Shown here in pieces: positions 54,116 through 63,224 of a stretch of 64,000 bases of DNA. This stretch comes from Labilithrix sp. GTDB taxonomy: Bacteria; Myxococcota_A; Polyangia; Polyangiales; Polyangiaceae. The stretch lies in assembly GCA_026128965.1 (NCBI GenBank), contig JAHCIY010000002.1, positions 1,744,468 through 1,808,467 of the forward strand, written 5' to 3'. Position numbers and translations under genes: made by a program. Under the pieces are notes generated by a model. That model made no database searches and was not told the DNA's origin. It worked only from the letters and a program-made list of their open reading frames with translations. Every line of letters begins with the position of its first letter. Position 1 is the first letter of the stretch.

Positions 54116-57100
54116 ATGCGGCGCTTCGAGCTGAGCGAGGGCACGTCGAACAAGTTCTGGCAGGTCGCCATCGAAGACGGCAAGACCCTGCACGTCTCGT
54201 TCGGCAAGATCGGCACGAAGGGCCAGACGCAGCGAAAGGACTTCGCCGCACCCCCCGCCGCAACCGCGGAGATGGAGAAGCTGATCCGCGAAAAGACGAA
54301 GAAGGGCTACAAGGAGGTCGCGCCACCGCCCGCATCACCCGCGCCCGCGCCGTCCGCGCCCGCTCCGCCGCTCGGCGCGCCCCTGTCGTCGAAGGGGGAA
54401 GCTGCGGGCGATCGCGTCTTCTGGACTCCCGCGGCGAAGGCGATCCTCGAGAAGCAGCGTGGCGAGGCGGCGAAGGCGATCGTCCCTTCCGCGACCGGGG
54501 CGGGGGTCGTCATCGCGGAGCGGGTGCGGGCGGCGATGCCGCTCTGGGAGAAGGCGAAGCTGAAGTGGGAGGCGAGCGAGACGGCCGACGTCCGCGCGAA
54601 GCTCGAGGCCGGGTACGCCGAAGAGCCGCTGCCGGCGACGATCGATCCCGACGTCGAAGCGGCGGGCTGCACGCTCGCGGGGTACGACGACGACCATCGC
54701 GCGGCGTGGGTCGAACGCTGGCTCGCGCTCGGCGGGCCCGCGGTCGCGCTCGACGTCCTGTCGCGCATGTGGAGCTACTATCGCCACTACGACTCGTCGG
54801 GGGCGCGCGACGCGATGCCGACCTGGGTGACGCGCGTGGCGCCGGAGCGGAGCTGGGACTCGAGCGTGTGCGGCGCGAAGACGGACGTCGCGGAGGTGCT
54901 CGCGCGTCACTGCCGCGCGCTCGAGCCCGCCGAGCGCGCGGCGATGCGCGCGGCGGCGGTGAAGCTCCGCGCCGGCGCGCCGCTCACGGTGCGGATCGGG
55001 CTCGCGACCGCGGTCGACGACGCCGCGCTCGCGAACGAGGACGCGGCGGAGGTGCTCGCGCTCCCGCGCGATCAGGTCGGATACGACGCGAAGGTCCTCT
55101 TCCGCCTCGTCGACGATCCGAAGACCCTCGAAGGGCTCGCCGCGCGCTTCGGGCTCGACTGGACCTTCAAGAACGCCCTCGCCGTCGAGCGGATCGGGCT
55201 CGCCGCGACGCCGCTCCTCGTGAAGCAGCTCGAAGAGGCCGGGAGCCGCGACGCCGAGGTCGCGGTCGCGACCGTGCTCGCGACGCTCGAGCACGCCGAG
55301 ACGGCGCGCGTCTTCGGCGGCTGGCTCCACAAGAAGGGCGTCGACGCCGTCGCGCGCGACTTCTTCACGCGCCGCCCCGACCTCGCGCTGCCGGTGCTGA
55401 AAGGCATCGTCGCTTCAAGAGGTAAAAACATTATTTTCGCTGAATCGCTTTTGAAGGTCCTCGGCGCCGCGCCCGCCCCGGCGACCGAGGCGATGCCCGC
55501 GGCGGACGCGGCCGAGCTCCCGCGCGTGCTGGTCGAGCCGCCGTGGCTCGCGACCCCGCCGAAGCCGCCGCCGATCATCGAGGGCATCACGCTGCCGTTC
55601 GGGCCGGAGCGCATCGACGAAGAGATGGCGAAGGCGAGCCGGACGCCCGTCGTCGCCGGCGCGTCGGTGAAGTCGTGGTTCGCCGCCACCGCGAAGCTCG
55701 AGCCCAAGAGCGCCGCGATGGACCTCGCCGCGCGCTCGATGCTCGACGGGCTCTCGCGCCGCCACATCGGATCGTGGCTCGAGCTGATGAGCGACGCCGC
55801 CGCGCGGCAGGTCGTCATCGACGCGGCGAGCTTCGACGAGATGAGCCTCGCCACGGTGGAGGTCGCCGATCTCCGCTACGCGCTCGCGCGCTTCGGCCTC
55901 GACGCGCTCCCGCTCGTCTTGAACGTCGCGAAGGCGAACGGCCCCGGCGCGGCCGAGGCGCTCTCGATGGTCGAGTCCCCTCGCGCCGCCGTCGCCGTCG
56001 CCGCCGCGGCCGCGCGCTCGAAGAAGGCGCGCCCGAAGGCGGTCGCGTACTTCGCGAAGTACCCCGCCGCCTCCGCGCACGGCCTCTTGCCCGCTGCGCT
56101 CTCGAAGCGGACGCAGAAGACCCACGCGCCCGCGGTGAAGGTGCTCGCCGCCGTCGACGAGGCGGCCGTGCGCGCGGCGGCGGCGAAGGAGCCGCGCGTG
56201 CTCGCTGCGCTCGACGCGATCCTCGCCTGGGACGGACCGCCGCCGAAGATCGCGCCGCTCCCCGCCTGGCTCGATCCGAAGGCGCTCCCGCCCGTCGTGC
56301 TGCGCGCGGCCTCCCGCCGGCTCCCCGAGACCGCGGTCCGGCACCTCCTCACCCTCCTCGCGCTGAGCGAGCCGCGCGACGCGCATCCGCTCCTCGCCGA
56401 CGTGATCGCCGCGTGCACCGGCGCGTCGCTCGCGCGCTTCGCGTGGGCGCTCTTCGAGACGTGGCTCACGAACGGCGCCCCGGCGCCGGAGGACTGGATG
56501 ATGACCGCGCTCGGACACCTCGGCGGCGACGAGGCCGCGCGGCGCCTCACGCCGTTCGTCCGCGCGTGGCCCGGCGAGTCGGCGCACGCGCGCGCGGTGA
56601 AGGGGCTCGACGTCCTCGCCGAGATCGGGACCGACGTCGCGCTGATGCACCTCGACGCGATCGCGGAGAAGCTCAAGTTCAAGGGGCTGCAGGAGAAGGC
56701 GCGCGAGAAGATCGAGGACATCGCCGACGCGCGCGGCCTCACCCGCGACGAGCTCGCGGACCGCATCGCGCCGGCGCTCGATCTCGATCCCGACGGCTCG
56801 CGCGTGCTGTCGTTCGGCGCGCGCAGCTTCCGCGTGGGCTGGGGCGAGGACCTCGTCCCGTTCGTCGTCGACGAGACGAAGAGGAAGAGCGCCGACCTGC
56901 CGAAGCCGAAGGCGAGCGACGACAAGGCCGCCGCCGCGGAGGCGACCGCGACGTGGAAGGCGCTCAAGAAGGACGCGAAGGCGGTCGCGAGCAGCCAGAT
57001 CCTGCGCCTCGAGCGCGCGATGTGCACGGAGCGACGGTGGTCGGGCGCCGACTTCGAGCGCCTCCTCGTCGCGCATCCGCTCGTGTTCCACCTCGTGCGC

Positions 57101-57679
57101 CGGCTCGTGTGGGCGATCTACGAGGAGGACGCCGTCACGAAGACGTTCCGCGTCGCGGAGGACCGCACGCTCGCCGACGTGAACGACGATCCGTTCTCGC
57201 TCGCCGGCGACGCGGTGGTCGGCCTCCCGCACCGGCTCGTCCTCGCCGACGCCGACCTGCGCGCGTGGGGCGAGGTGTTCGGCAACTACGAGATCATCCA
57301 GCCGTTCGCGCAGCTCGATCGCGAGGTCTTCGCCGTGACCGAGCCGGAGCGCGCGGCGAAGGAGCTCGCGCGCGTGAAGGGCGTGGAGGTCCCGACCGGG
57401 AAGGTGCTCGGGCTCGAGCAACGCGGCTGGAAGAAGGGCGTGCCGCAAGACGCGGGCTGGATCTGGGACGTCGAGAAGGAGCTGCCCCGCGGCCTCCGCG
57501 CGACGCTCCCGCTCGAAGGCGACGGCGGGCTCCTCGCCGGCGCGATGGCGGAGTCGCCGCCGGAGCAGAAGCTCGGCGCCGTCGTCGTGCGCGGCCGCGA
57601 CGGCGTCGTCGCCCTCGGCGACCTCCCGCGCATCGTCTTCAGCGAGCTCGTCCGCGACCTCGAGGGCCTCCGCGCGTAG
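54116..57679 (+). CDS. WGR-domain + DUF4132 protein (MolR/YehI-like)
   Basis: N-terminal WGR domain (FELSEGTSNKFWQVAIEDGKTLHVSFGKIGTKGQTQRK...KLIREKTKKGYKEV) followed by about 1100 aa of helical repeats characteristic of DUF4132 proteins. Starts 9 nt after the SWIM gene. Confidence 0.68.
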   Translation: MRRFELSEGTSNKFWQVAIEDGKTLHVSFGKIGTKGQTQRKDFAAPPAATAEMEKLIREKTKKGYKEVAPPPASPAPAPSAPAPPLGAPLSSKGEAAGDRVFWTPAAKAILEKQRGEAAKAIVPSATGAGVVIAERVRAAMPLWEKAKLKWEASETADVRAKLEAGYAEEPLPATIDPDVEAAGCTLAGYDDDHRAAWVERWLALGGPAVALDVLSRMWSYYRHYDSSGARDAMPTWVTRVAPERSWDSSVCGAKTDVAEVLARHCRALEPAERAAMRAAAVKLRAGAPLTVRIGLATAVDDAALANEDAAEVLALPRDQVGYDAKVLFRLVDDPKTLEGLAARFGLDWTFKNALAVERIGLAATPLLVKQLEEAGSRDAEVAVATVLATLEHAETARVFGGWLHKKGVDAVARDFFTRRPDLALPVLKGIVASRGKNIIFAESLLKVLGAAPAPATEAMPAADAAELPRVLVEPPWLATPPKPPPIIEGITLPFGPERIDEEMAKASRTPVVAGASVKSWFAATAKLEPKSAAMDLAARSMLDGLSRRHIGSWLELMSDAAARQVVIDAASFDEMSLATVEVADLRYALARFGLDALPLVLNVAKANGPGAAEALSMVESPRAAVAVAAAAARSKKARPKAVAYFAKYPAASAHGLLPAALSKRTQKTHAPAVKVLAAVDEAAVRAAAAKEPRVLAALDAILAWDGPPPKIAPLPAWLDPKALPPVVLRAASRRLPETAVRHLLTLLALSEPRDAHPLLADVIAACTGASLARFAWALFETWLTNGAPAPEDWMMTALGHLGGDEAARRLTPFVRAWPGESAHARAVKGLDVLAEIGTDVALMHLDAIAEKLKFKGLQEKAREKIEDIADARGLTRDELADRIAPALDLDPDGSRVLSFGARSFRVGWGEDLVPFVVDETKRKSADLPKPKASDDKAAAAEATATWKALKKDAKAVASSQILRLERAMCTERRWSGADFERLLVAHPLVFHLVRRLVWAIYEEDAVTKTFRVAEDRTLADVNDDPFSLAGDAVVGLPHRLVLADADLRAWGEVFGNYEIIQPFAQLDREVFAVTEPERAAKELARVKGVEVPTGKVLGLEQRGWKKGVPQDAGWIWDVEKELPRGLRATLPLEGDGGLLAGAMAESPPEQKLGAVVVRGRDGVVALGDLPRIVFSELVRDLEGLRA

Positions 57680-57704
57680 CGCGCAGCGCTATCATCGCGC
57701 CGTC

Positions 57705-58529
57705 GTGCGCGCCTTCCTGCCTCTGCTCTTGCTCGCGGCGTGCTCGAAGCCCGCGCCCTCGAGCACGCAAGCGCCCGTCGAGAGCGTCACGGCGGAGGAC
57801 CTCGACCTCCCGATCCCCGAGCCGGCGCCGCCGCTCGCGACGTCGAGCGGGCCCCTCACGCCGTGGATCGCGGAGTCGGCGACGTGGAAGCGCCGCGGGC
57901 CGCCGCCGACGACGTACTCGCTGTTCTCGCTCCCGGAGGGCTCGTCCGTCCTCGTGTACGCCACGATGACGCGTGACGCGTGCGAGGCGGAGCTCGACAA
58001 GCGTAAGATCGCGTTCCGCCGCGCGGCCGATCTCCCCGGCGTGCGCGCGCCGGTCCAGCTCGACGGTCCGCTCCACGGCGTGACGTACCGCTCGCGCGCG
58101 CCGCACACCGAGATCGACTGCCGGCTCGTCCTCGCGCTCGACGACTTCTCCGTCGCCCTCGCCGCGCGCGACGTGATCGGCGCGCAGGTCTATTCGTCCT
58201 ACCGCTCGCCGTCGGAGAACGGGTGCACGGACAAGTACGCCGGCGAGCAGCACTGCGCCGCGCTCGCGGTCGACATCGGCCAGTTCGACAAGCGCGACAA
58301 GACGAAGCTCGTCGTCGAGAAGGACTTCCACGGCCGCATCGGCTCGCTCACGTGCAAGTCGGGCGTCGGACCGAAGCCGGTGACGCCGGCCGCGACCGAG
58401 CTCTGGGACCTCGTCTGCGGCGCGGCCGGGCGGCAGTTCTCCGTCATCCTGACGCCGAACTGGAACCAGCAGCACAAGAACCACTTCCACCTCGAGCTGA
58501 CGACGCACGACTGGGTCCTGGTTCGTTGA
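57705..58529 (+). CDS. Extensin-like C-terminal-domain lipoprotein
   Basis: Lipoprotein signal (LPLLLLAACSKP). C-terminal region with conserved Cys and NHFHLEL-type motif. Confidence 0.45.
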   Translation: MRAFLPLLLLAACSKPAPSSTQAPVESVTAEDLDLPIPEPAPPLATSSGPLTPWIAESATWKRRGPPPTTYSLFSLPEGSSVLVYATMTRDACEAELDKRKIAFRRAADLPGVRAPVQLDGPLHGVTYRSRAPHTEIDCRLVLALDDFSVALAARDVIGAQVYSSYRSPSENGCTDKYAGEQHCAALAVDIGQFDKRDKTKLVVEKDFHGRIGSLTCKSGVGPKPVTPAATELWDLVCGAAGRQFSVILTPNWNQQHKNHFHLELTTHDWVLVR

Positions 58530-58580
58530 CGCCGAATAAAAGTCCTTGCGACTCTTTCTGATTCCGTCACACTGAACCCG

Positions 58581-59456
58581 ATGACGGAGCGTATGCGCGC
58601 GGCGCTGGAGGGCCTCTCGGTGGGCGACGCCTTCGGTGAGCAGTTCTTCGGGCCGCCTGGGATCGTGCTCGAGCGGATCGCGGAGCGGACGGCGCCGGCG
58701 GCGGCGGTATGGCAGTGGACCGACGACACCGCGATGGCGCTCGCGATCGCCCTCGTGCTGGACGCGCACGGCAAGGTCGACCGCGACGCGCTCGCGACGG
58801 CGTTCGCGGATCGCTACCGCGCGGACCCGATGCGCGGCTACGGCGGCACCGCGCACGGGATCCTGCAGGCGATCGGCGCCGGCGTGCCGTGGGCGGTCGC
58901 GGCGGGCCGCGTGTTCGACGGCCAGGGCTCGATGGGCAACGGCGGCGCGATGCGCGCGGCGCCGATCGGCGCGTACTTCGCCGGCGATCTCGAGCGCACG
59001 ATCGCGGAGGCGCGCGCGTCCGCCGAGCCGACCCACGCGCACCCCGACGGTCAGGCCGGCGCGATCGCGGTCGCGGTCGCGGCGGCGATCGCGTGCCGGC
59101 GTCCGCTCGTCGCCGGCGCCGCGCTCCTCGAGGAGGTCGTGTTTCACACGCCGCCGGGCGCCACGCGCGACGGACTCGCGAAGGCGCTCGCGCTGCCGCT
59201 CACCTACGATCCGCGGACCGCCGCCGCCGCGCTCGGCACCGGCGCTCGCGTCATCTCGTCCGACACCGTTCCGTTCGCGCTGTGGTGCGCCGCTCGTCAC
59301 CTCGACTCGTACGAAGAGGCGATGTGGACGACGGTCTCCGGCCTCGGCGATCGCGACACGACGTGCGCGATCGCGGGCGGCGTCGTCGCCTGCGCCGTCG
59401 GCGTGGAGGGGATCCCCGCGACGTGGCGCGCGCGCCGCGAGCCGCTTCCGCGTTAG
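58581..59456 (+). CDS. ADP-ribosylglycohydrolase family protein (DraG/ARH-like)
   Basis: N-terminal LEGLSVGDAFGEQFF and D-rich metal-binding blocks (WQWTDDTAMALA, GSMGNGGAMRAAPIG, GDRDTTCAIAGG). Confidence 0.75.
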   Translation: MTERMRAALEGLSVGDAFGEQFFGPPGIVLERIAERTAPAAAVWQWTDDTAMALAIALVLDAHGKVDRDALATAFADRYRADPMRGYGGTAHGILQAIGAGVPWAVAAGRVFDGQGSMGNGGAMRAAPIGAYFAGDLERTIAEARASAEPTHAHPDGQAGAIAVAVAAAIACRRPLVAGAALLEEVVFHTPPGATRDGLAKALALPLTYDPRTAAAALGTGARVISSDTVPFALWCAARHLDSYEEAMWTTVSGLGDRDTTCAIAGGVVACAVGVEGIPATWRARREPLPR

Positions 59457-59479
59457 AGCGCCGGCCTACGTGCGCCGCG

Positions 59480-60895
59480 CTACGAGCGCGCGCGGACGGC
59501 GGCGACGAGCGCCTTGGCGCGCGCGTAGCTCGGGGAGAGCTTGATCGCCGCGTCGGCCTCGTCCTTCGCGCGTTGAACGAGGCCGGACGCGAGGTAGACC
59601 TCTCCGAGCGTGACGCGGTAGTCCGCGTTCTTCGCGTCGTGCGCCACCGCTTGCTCGGCGAGGGCGGTGGCCTGACGGAGGTCGCCGTTGCCGAGGCGGA
59701 GCGCGTTCGCCGCGCGCTCGGCGACGGAGGCCTCGCGCCGTACCTCGTTCGCGCGCGTGTAGTGATCGGCCGCCTCGGCCCAGCGCAGGGCGCGCTCGGC
59801 GGCGCGCCCTTTCAGGAGGTACTTCTCGTGCCGGAGGTCCCGCGAGTGGGCGTCGATCGCGTCGAGCTTCTGCCGGATGACGGGATCGTCGTGCATCTGG
59901 AGCGCGAGCCGGTAGTTGTTCGCGGCGCCGACGATGTCGCCCGCGCGGACCGCCTCCTCCGCGGCGCGGACCCACGTCATCGCGCGCTCCGCGCCGGCGA
60001 CGTTGCGCGCCGCGGCTTGCAGCTTCTTGAAGCGCTCCGGATCGTTCGTCGTGCTCGAAGACGGAGGCGGCTCGGGCGGCTTCTCGACCGCGACGGCGGG
60101 GGTGAGCTGAGACCTCCGCATGCGCTTGCTCGGGCGCCGTGCGCTCGACGGCTTCTTCGGCGGCGGGAGCGTCGCGTCGTACGTGGCGCGGCGCGCGCTG
60201 GTGGCGAGCTCGTCGTTCGCCGCCGTGAGCCGCGTGAAGACGCGATCGATCGCGGCGCGGAGCGGTCCCAGCTTCTTGCCGAAGAAGCGGTCGGGGTGGA
60301 GCTGCGCCGCGAGCGCGAAGTACGCGCGCGTGATCTCCTTCTTGTCGGCGGTGCGCTCGACCCCGAGCGCGGCGTAGTGATCGACGCCCGCGGCGAGCTT
60401 CGTGTCGAGCGCGCGGATCATCTCCTGCACGCCGGCGTCGAGCTCGCATACCTCGGGCATCGACCCCGTCGAACGCCGCCGCTCCTTGCGCATCCCCGGC
60501 GGCGAGTCCTTGCGAACCTGCGCCGCGAGCCGCCGCGACGTCGTCTTGCGCGGAGCCTCCTCCACGTCGGCGCGCGGAGGACGCTCGGACGCGACCTCGG
60601 CGCGCGGATCGAGGCTTCGTGGCGGGCGCGATCTCTTCTCGGTGGTCGAGCGGCCGGCGCCGCGCGGGCCAGACGGCGTGGAGCCCGTGCATGCCTTCGC
60701 GTCCCTCACGGCGCCGAGGATCGACAAGCGTCCGGCGAGCTTCATGCCCTCGTCGAGCGCGAGCCCTGCGATCTCGCTCGCCTCCTCGAGCGTGATGCGC
60801 CCGTCGAGCTGCGAGACGAAGAACGCCTCCTTGGCGTTGATCGGCAGGCGCCGCAGATCGCAGTCGATGCGAACGAGGACGGTGTCGCGGTTCAT
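59480..60895 (-). CDS. DnaJ (J-domain) and TPR-repeat protein
   Basis: Real start MNRDTVLVRI inside ORF 59480..62149. J-domain (DHYAALGVERTADKKEITRAYFALAAQLHPDR) and C-terminal TPR repeats. Confidence 0.68.
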   Translation of the reverse strand: MNRDTVLVRIDCDLRRLPINAKEAFFVSQLDGRITLEEASEIAGLALDEGMKLAGRLSILGAVRDAKACTGSTPSGPRGAGRSTTEKRSRPPRSLDPRAEVASERPPRADVEEAPRKTTSRRLAAQVRKDSPPGMRKERRRSTGSMPEVCELDAGVQEMIRALDTKLAAGVDHYAALGVERTADKKEITRAYFALAAQLHPDRFFGKKLGPLRAAIDRVFTRLTAANDELATSARRATYDATLPPPKKPSSARRPSKRMRRSQLTPAVAVEKPPEPPPSSSTTNDPERFKKLQAAARNVAGAERAMTWVRAAEEAVRAGDIVGAANNYRLALQMHDDPVIRQKLDAIDAHSRDLRHEKYLLKGRAAERALRWAEAADHYTRANEVRREASVAERAANALRLGNGDLRQATALAEQAVAHDAKNADYRVTLGEVYLASGLVQRAKDEADAAIKLSPSYARAKALVAAVRARS

Positions 60896-61137
60896 CGGGC
60901 TCGGCGCGCAGGGCGCCATTTCGAAGATTACTCCCCATCCGTTGCCCACGGATCGCTCGTGGCCCCTTTGCCGATCACCGTCGAAAGCGTGGATTTCAGA
61001 GCGATTTCTGACGAGGTGACCTGTGGGGTGATGTGGTCCAGCGCTTGCTGAAGACGGGGCATGAGCCCGCGAGCCTTCCTTGGTCTTCTCTTCGTTTCGG
61101 CGACGGCGGTGGCGGCGTGCAGCGCCCCGCTGATTCC

Positions 61138-62202
61138 CTACTTCGCCGCGCGCGCGCAGCGGACGCCGACGTCGTAGTCGCGATCGGTCGGGACGTCGTA
61201 AATGCGCGCGCCGGTGGTGAGCAGGTAATCCTCGTTGGGAAAGCCGCCGCCGCGGAACATGCGATTGTCGCCGAATTGGACGTCCGCGCAGTCCTTGCAG
61301 TCCTTGATTCGATAAGGCTCGACGCCGTCGTCGAGCACCCACTCCCAGACGCTGCCGGCGAGATCGACGTGGCCGTATTTGCCGTCTCCTGCCGGCGACT
61401 TCGAGCCGACCGCGAGCATGTCGCTGAACTTGCAATCCCCGGCGCCGGAGCCGTCGGCGCGGCAGTCGTACGCGGCTTGCGCGAGGGTGATGCCGTCGCC
61501 CCACGGATATTCGCGTTGATCCGCGCCGCCGGCGGCGGCGGAGTTCCACTCGGCCTCGGTCGGGAGGCGCCCGCCGTCCCACGCGCAGAACGCGAGCGCG
61601 TCGTACCAGGTAATGCAGTTCATCGGCTTGTTCTCGTTCTCGCCGGGCGTATCCGTCCACGCGGGATAACTGGGATTGCACTTCAGCGCTTCTTTCAGCG
61701 CGGCGGTGTCGGCGGCGAGCTCGCCGTTCCACGCCGCCTTCCATCCGCTGTTCGCGATCAGCGGGTGCGCGCCCGCGTCGGCGGCCGGCGGGCTCGCCTG
61801 CGTGCCGGCGCCGGCGTCGACGAACCTGCGGAAGCGTCCCACCGTGACCTCGTAGACGTCGAGCGCGAACGCGCTCACGGTCGCGGGGAACTCGGGATCG
61901 TTGCCGCGGTTGAACGTCGCGGCGGGGACGTCTTGCGCCGCGCAGCAGTCCTTGGCGCCGCCGCACGTCGCGGGGAGGTCCTTGCAGCTCGCGCTGTCGC
62001 CGCCGCCGACGTTGCCGCTCGAGGTCGTGCTGCTGCCGCCGCTCGAGGTCGTGCTGCTCCCGCCGCTGCTCGTCGTGCCGCCGTTGCTCGACGAGCCTCC
62101 GCTGCTGCTGTTTCCGCTGCTGCTCCCCGCGTCGCCGCCGGACGAGCACGCGCTGGCGATGGATAGAGAGAGGAGGGCGGCGAAAGGAAGGAGCGTTTTC
62201 AC
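61138..62202 (-). CDS. Formylglycine-generating-enzyme (FGE-sulfatase/SUMF1) family lipoprotein
   Basis: GTG start with lipoprotein signal VKTLLPFAALLSLSIASAC. A Ser/Gly linker precedes the FGE domain (CITWYDALAFCAWDGGRLPTEAEWN...GGGFPN...GVRCA). Confidence 0.72.
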   Translation of the reverse strand: MKTLLPFAALLSLSIASACSSGGDAGSSSGNSSSGGSSSNGGTTSSGGSSTTSSGGSSTTSSGNVGGGDSASCKDLPATCGGAKDCCAAQDVPAATFNRGNDPEFPATVSAFALDVYEVTVGRFRRFVDAGAGTQASPPAADAGAHPLIANSGWKAAWNGELAADTAALKEALKCNPSYPAWTDTPGENENKPMNCITWYDALAFCAWDGGRLPTEAEWNSAAAGGADQREYPWGDGITLAQAAYDCRADGSGAGDCKFSDMLAVGSKSPAGDGKYGHVDLAGSVWEWVLDDGVEPYRIKDCKDCADVQFGDNRMFRGGGFPNEDYLLTTGARIYDVPTDRDYDVGVRCARAAK

Positions 62203-62222
62203 GCCCCGGATCCTAGCGCGTC

Positions 62223-63224
62223 TCAGGGAATTCTCCGGCGCAGGATCGGCGGGCGCGGCGCCCGCAGCGGTGGCGGCTCCAAGGGCGCGGGCTCCAAGGG
62301 CGCGGGAGGGTGCGCGGTGGCGCAGGTCGACGCGCCGGCGCCGACGATCTCGATCCCCGCGTTCGGGATCACGTGCTCGAGCGTGCCGTCTTCGCGGAGG
62401 CGCGTCACGGTGGAGGGCCCGCCGTTGTCCGCCCAGAAGAAGAAGAACTCGGCGCCGACGGCGGCGAAGGCCCACGAGCCGCTGCCGCTGCGCCGGAAGC
62501 GCATGCCCTCGAGCGGCTTCTGCCAGCGGACGCCGGCGGTGGCGGGATCGATCTCCGCGAGCGAGAACGGCTCGCCGGTGAAGAACGCGAACAGCTTGCC
62601 GTCGGAGCGGCTCGAGAGCTCGCCGGTGAGGCCGCGCAGCTCGGAGGGGAACGCGCCGGCGAGCCGGATGTGCGCGCCGTCGTCGATGCGGACGAGGAGG
62701 CTGTTGCCGCGCGCGACGCGGCCGTCGGGGAGGCGACCGAAGGCCGGCTCGGTCGAGAGGAACAGCGTCTCGCCGCCGATGCCGCCCTCGGCCGTGGGCG
62801 CGAACCCCATGCCGAAGCGCGTGCCGATACGTGCATAATGCACGTTGACGCGCGACGCGATGCAGTCGCCATTCGCGATGCTCGCGAGCGCGAGGACGCC
62901 GTTGTCGTAGCCGACCCACGCCTGGCCGGAGCGATCGACCGCCATCGACTGGGGGAGCGATCGCGTCGCGCCCGGGCACTCGAGCCGCCCGATGCGGCGG
63001 AAGCGCAGCTCGCTCGGATCGAAGGAGTGGAGCGCGCCGTCGCGCGACACGACGTAGACGAGGTCGGTGCCCTCCGCGCAGGCGACGCGCTCGCTCCGCC
63101 GGAACTCGCCGATCGTGTCGTGGACGGGATCGGCCTCCGCGAGGGGCGCGGCCGCCGGCGGCGCCTTCGATCGCGCGCAACCGGCGAGCGCGAGGAGCGC
63201 CGCGATCCCGAAGGCGCGCTTCAT
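62223..63224 (-). CDS. Lipoprotein, hypothetical
   Basis: Signal/lipobox MKRAFGIAALLALAGC. Its ATG overlaps the TGA of the upstream gene. 333 aa. Confidence 0.45.
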   Translation of the reverse strand: MKRAFGIAALLALAGCARSKAPPAAAPLAEADPVHDTIGEFRRSERVACAEGTDLVYVVSRDGALHSFDPSELRFRRIGRLECPGATRSLPQSMAVDRSGQAWVGYDNGVLALASIANGDCIASRVNVHYARIGTRFGMGFAPTAEGGIGGETLFLSTEPAFGRLPDGRVARGNSLLVRIDDGAHIRLAGAFPSELRGLTGELSSRSDGKLFAFFTGEPFSLAEIDPATAGVRWQKPLEGMRFRRSGSGSWAFAAVGAEFFFFWADNGGPSTVTRLREDGTLEHVIPNAGIEIVGAGASTCATAHPPAPLEPAPLEPPPLRAPRPPILRRRIP

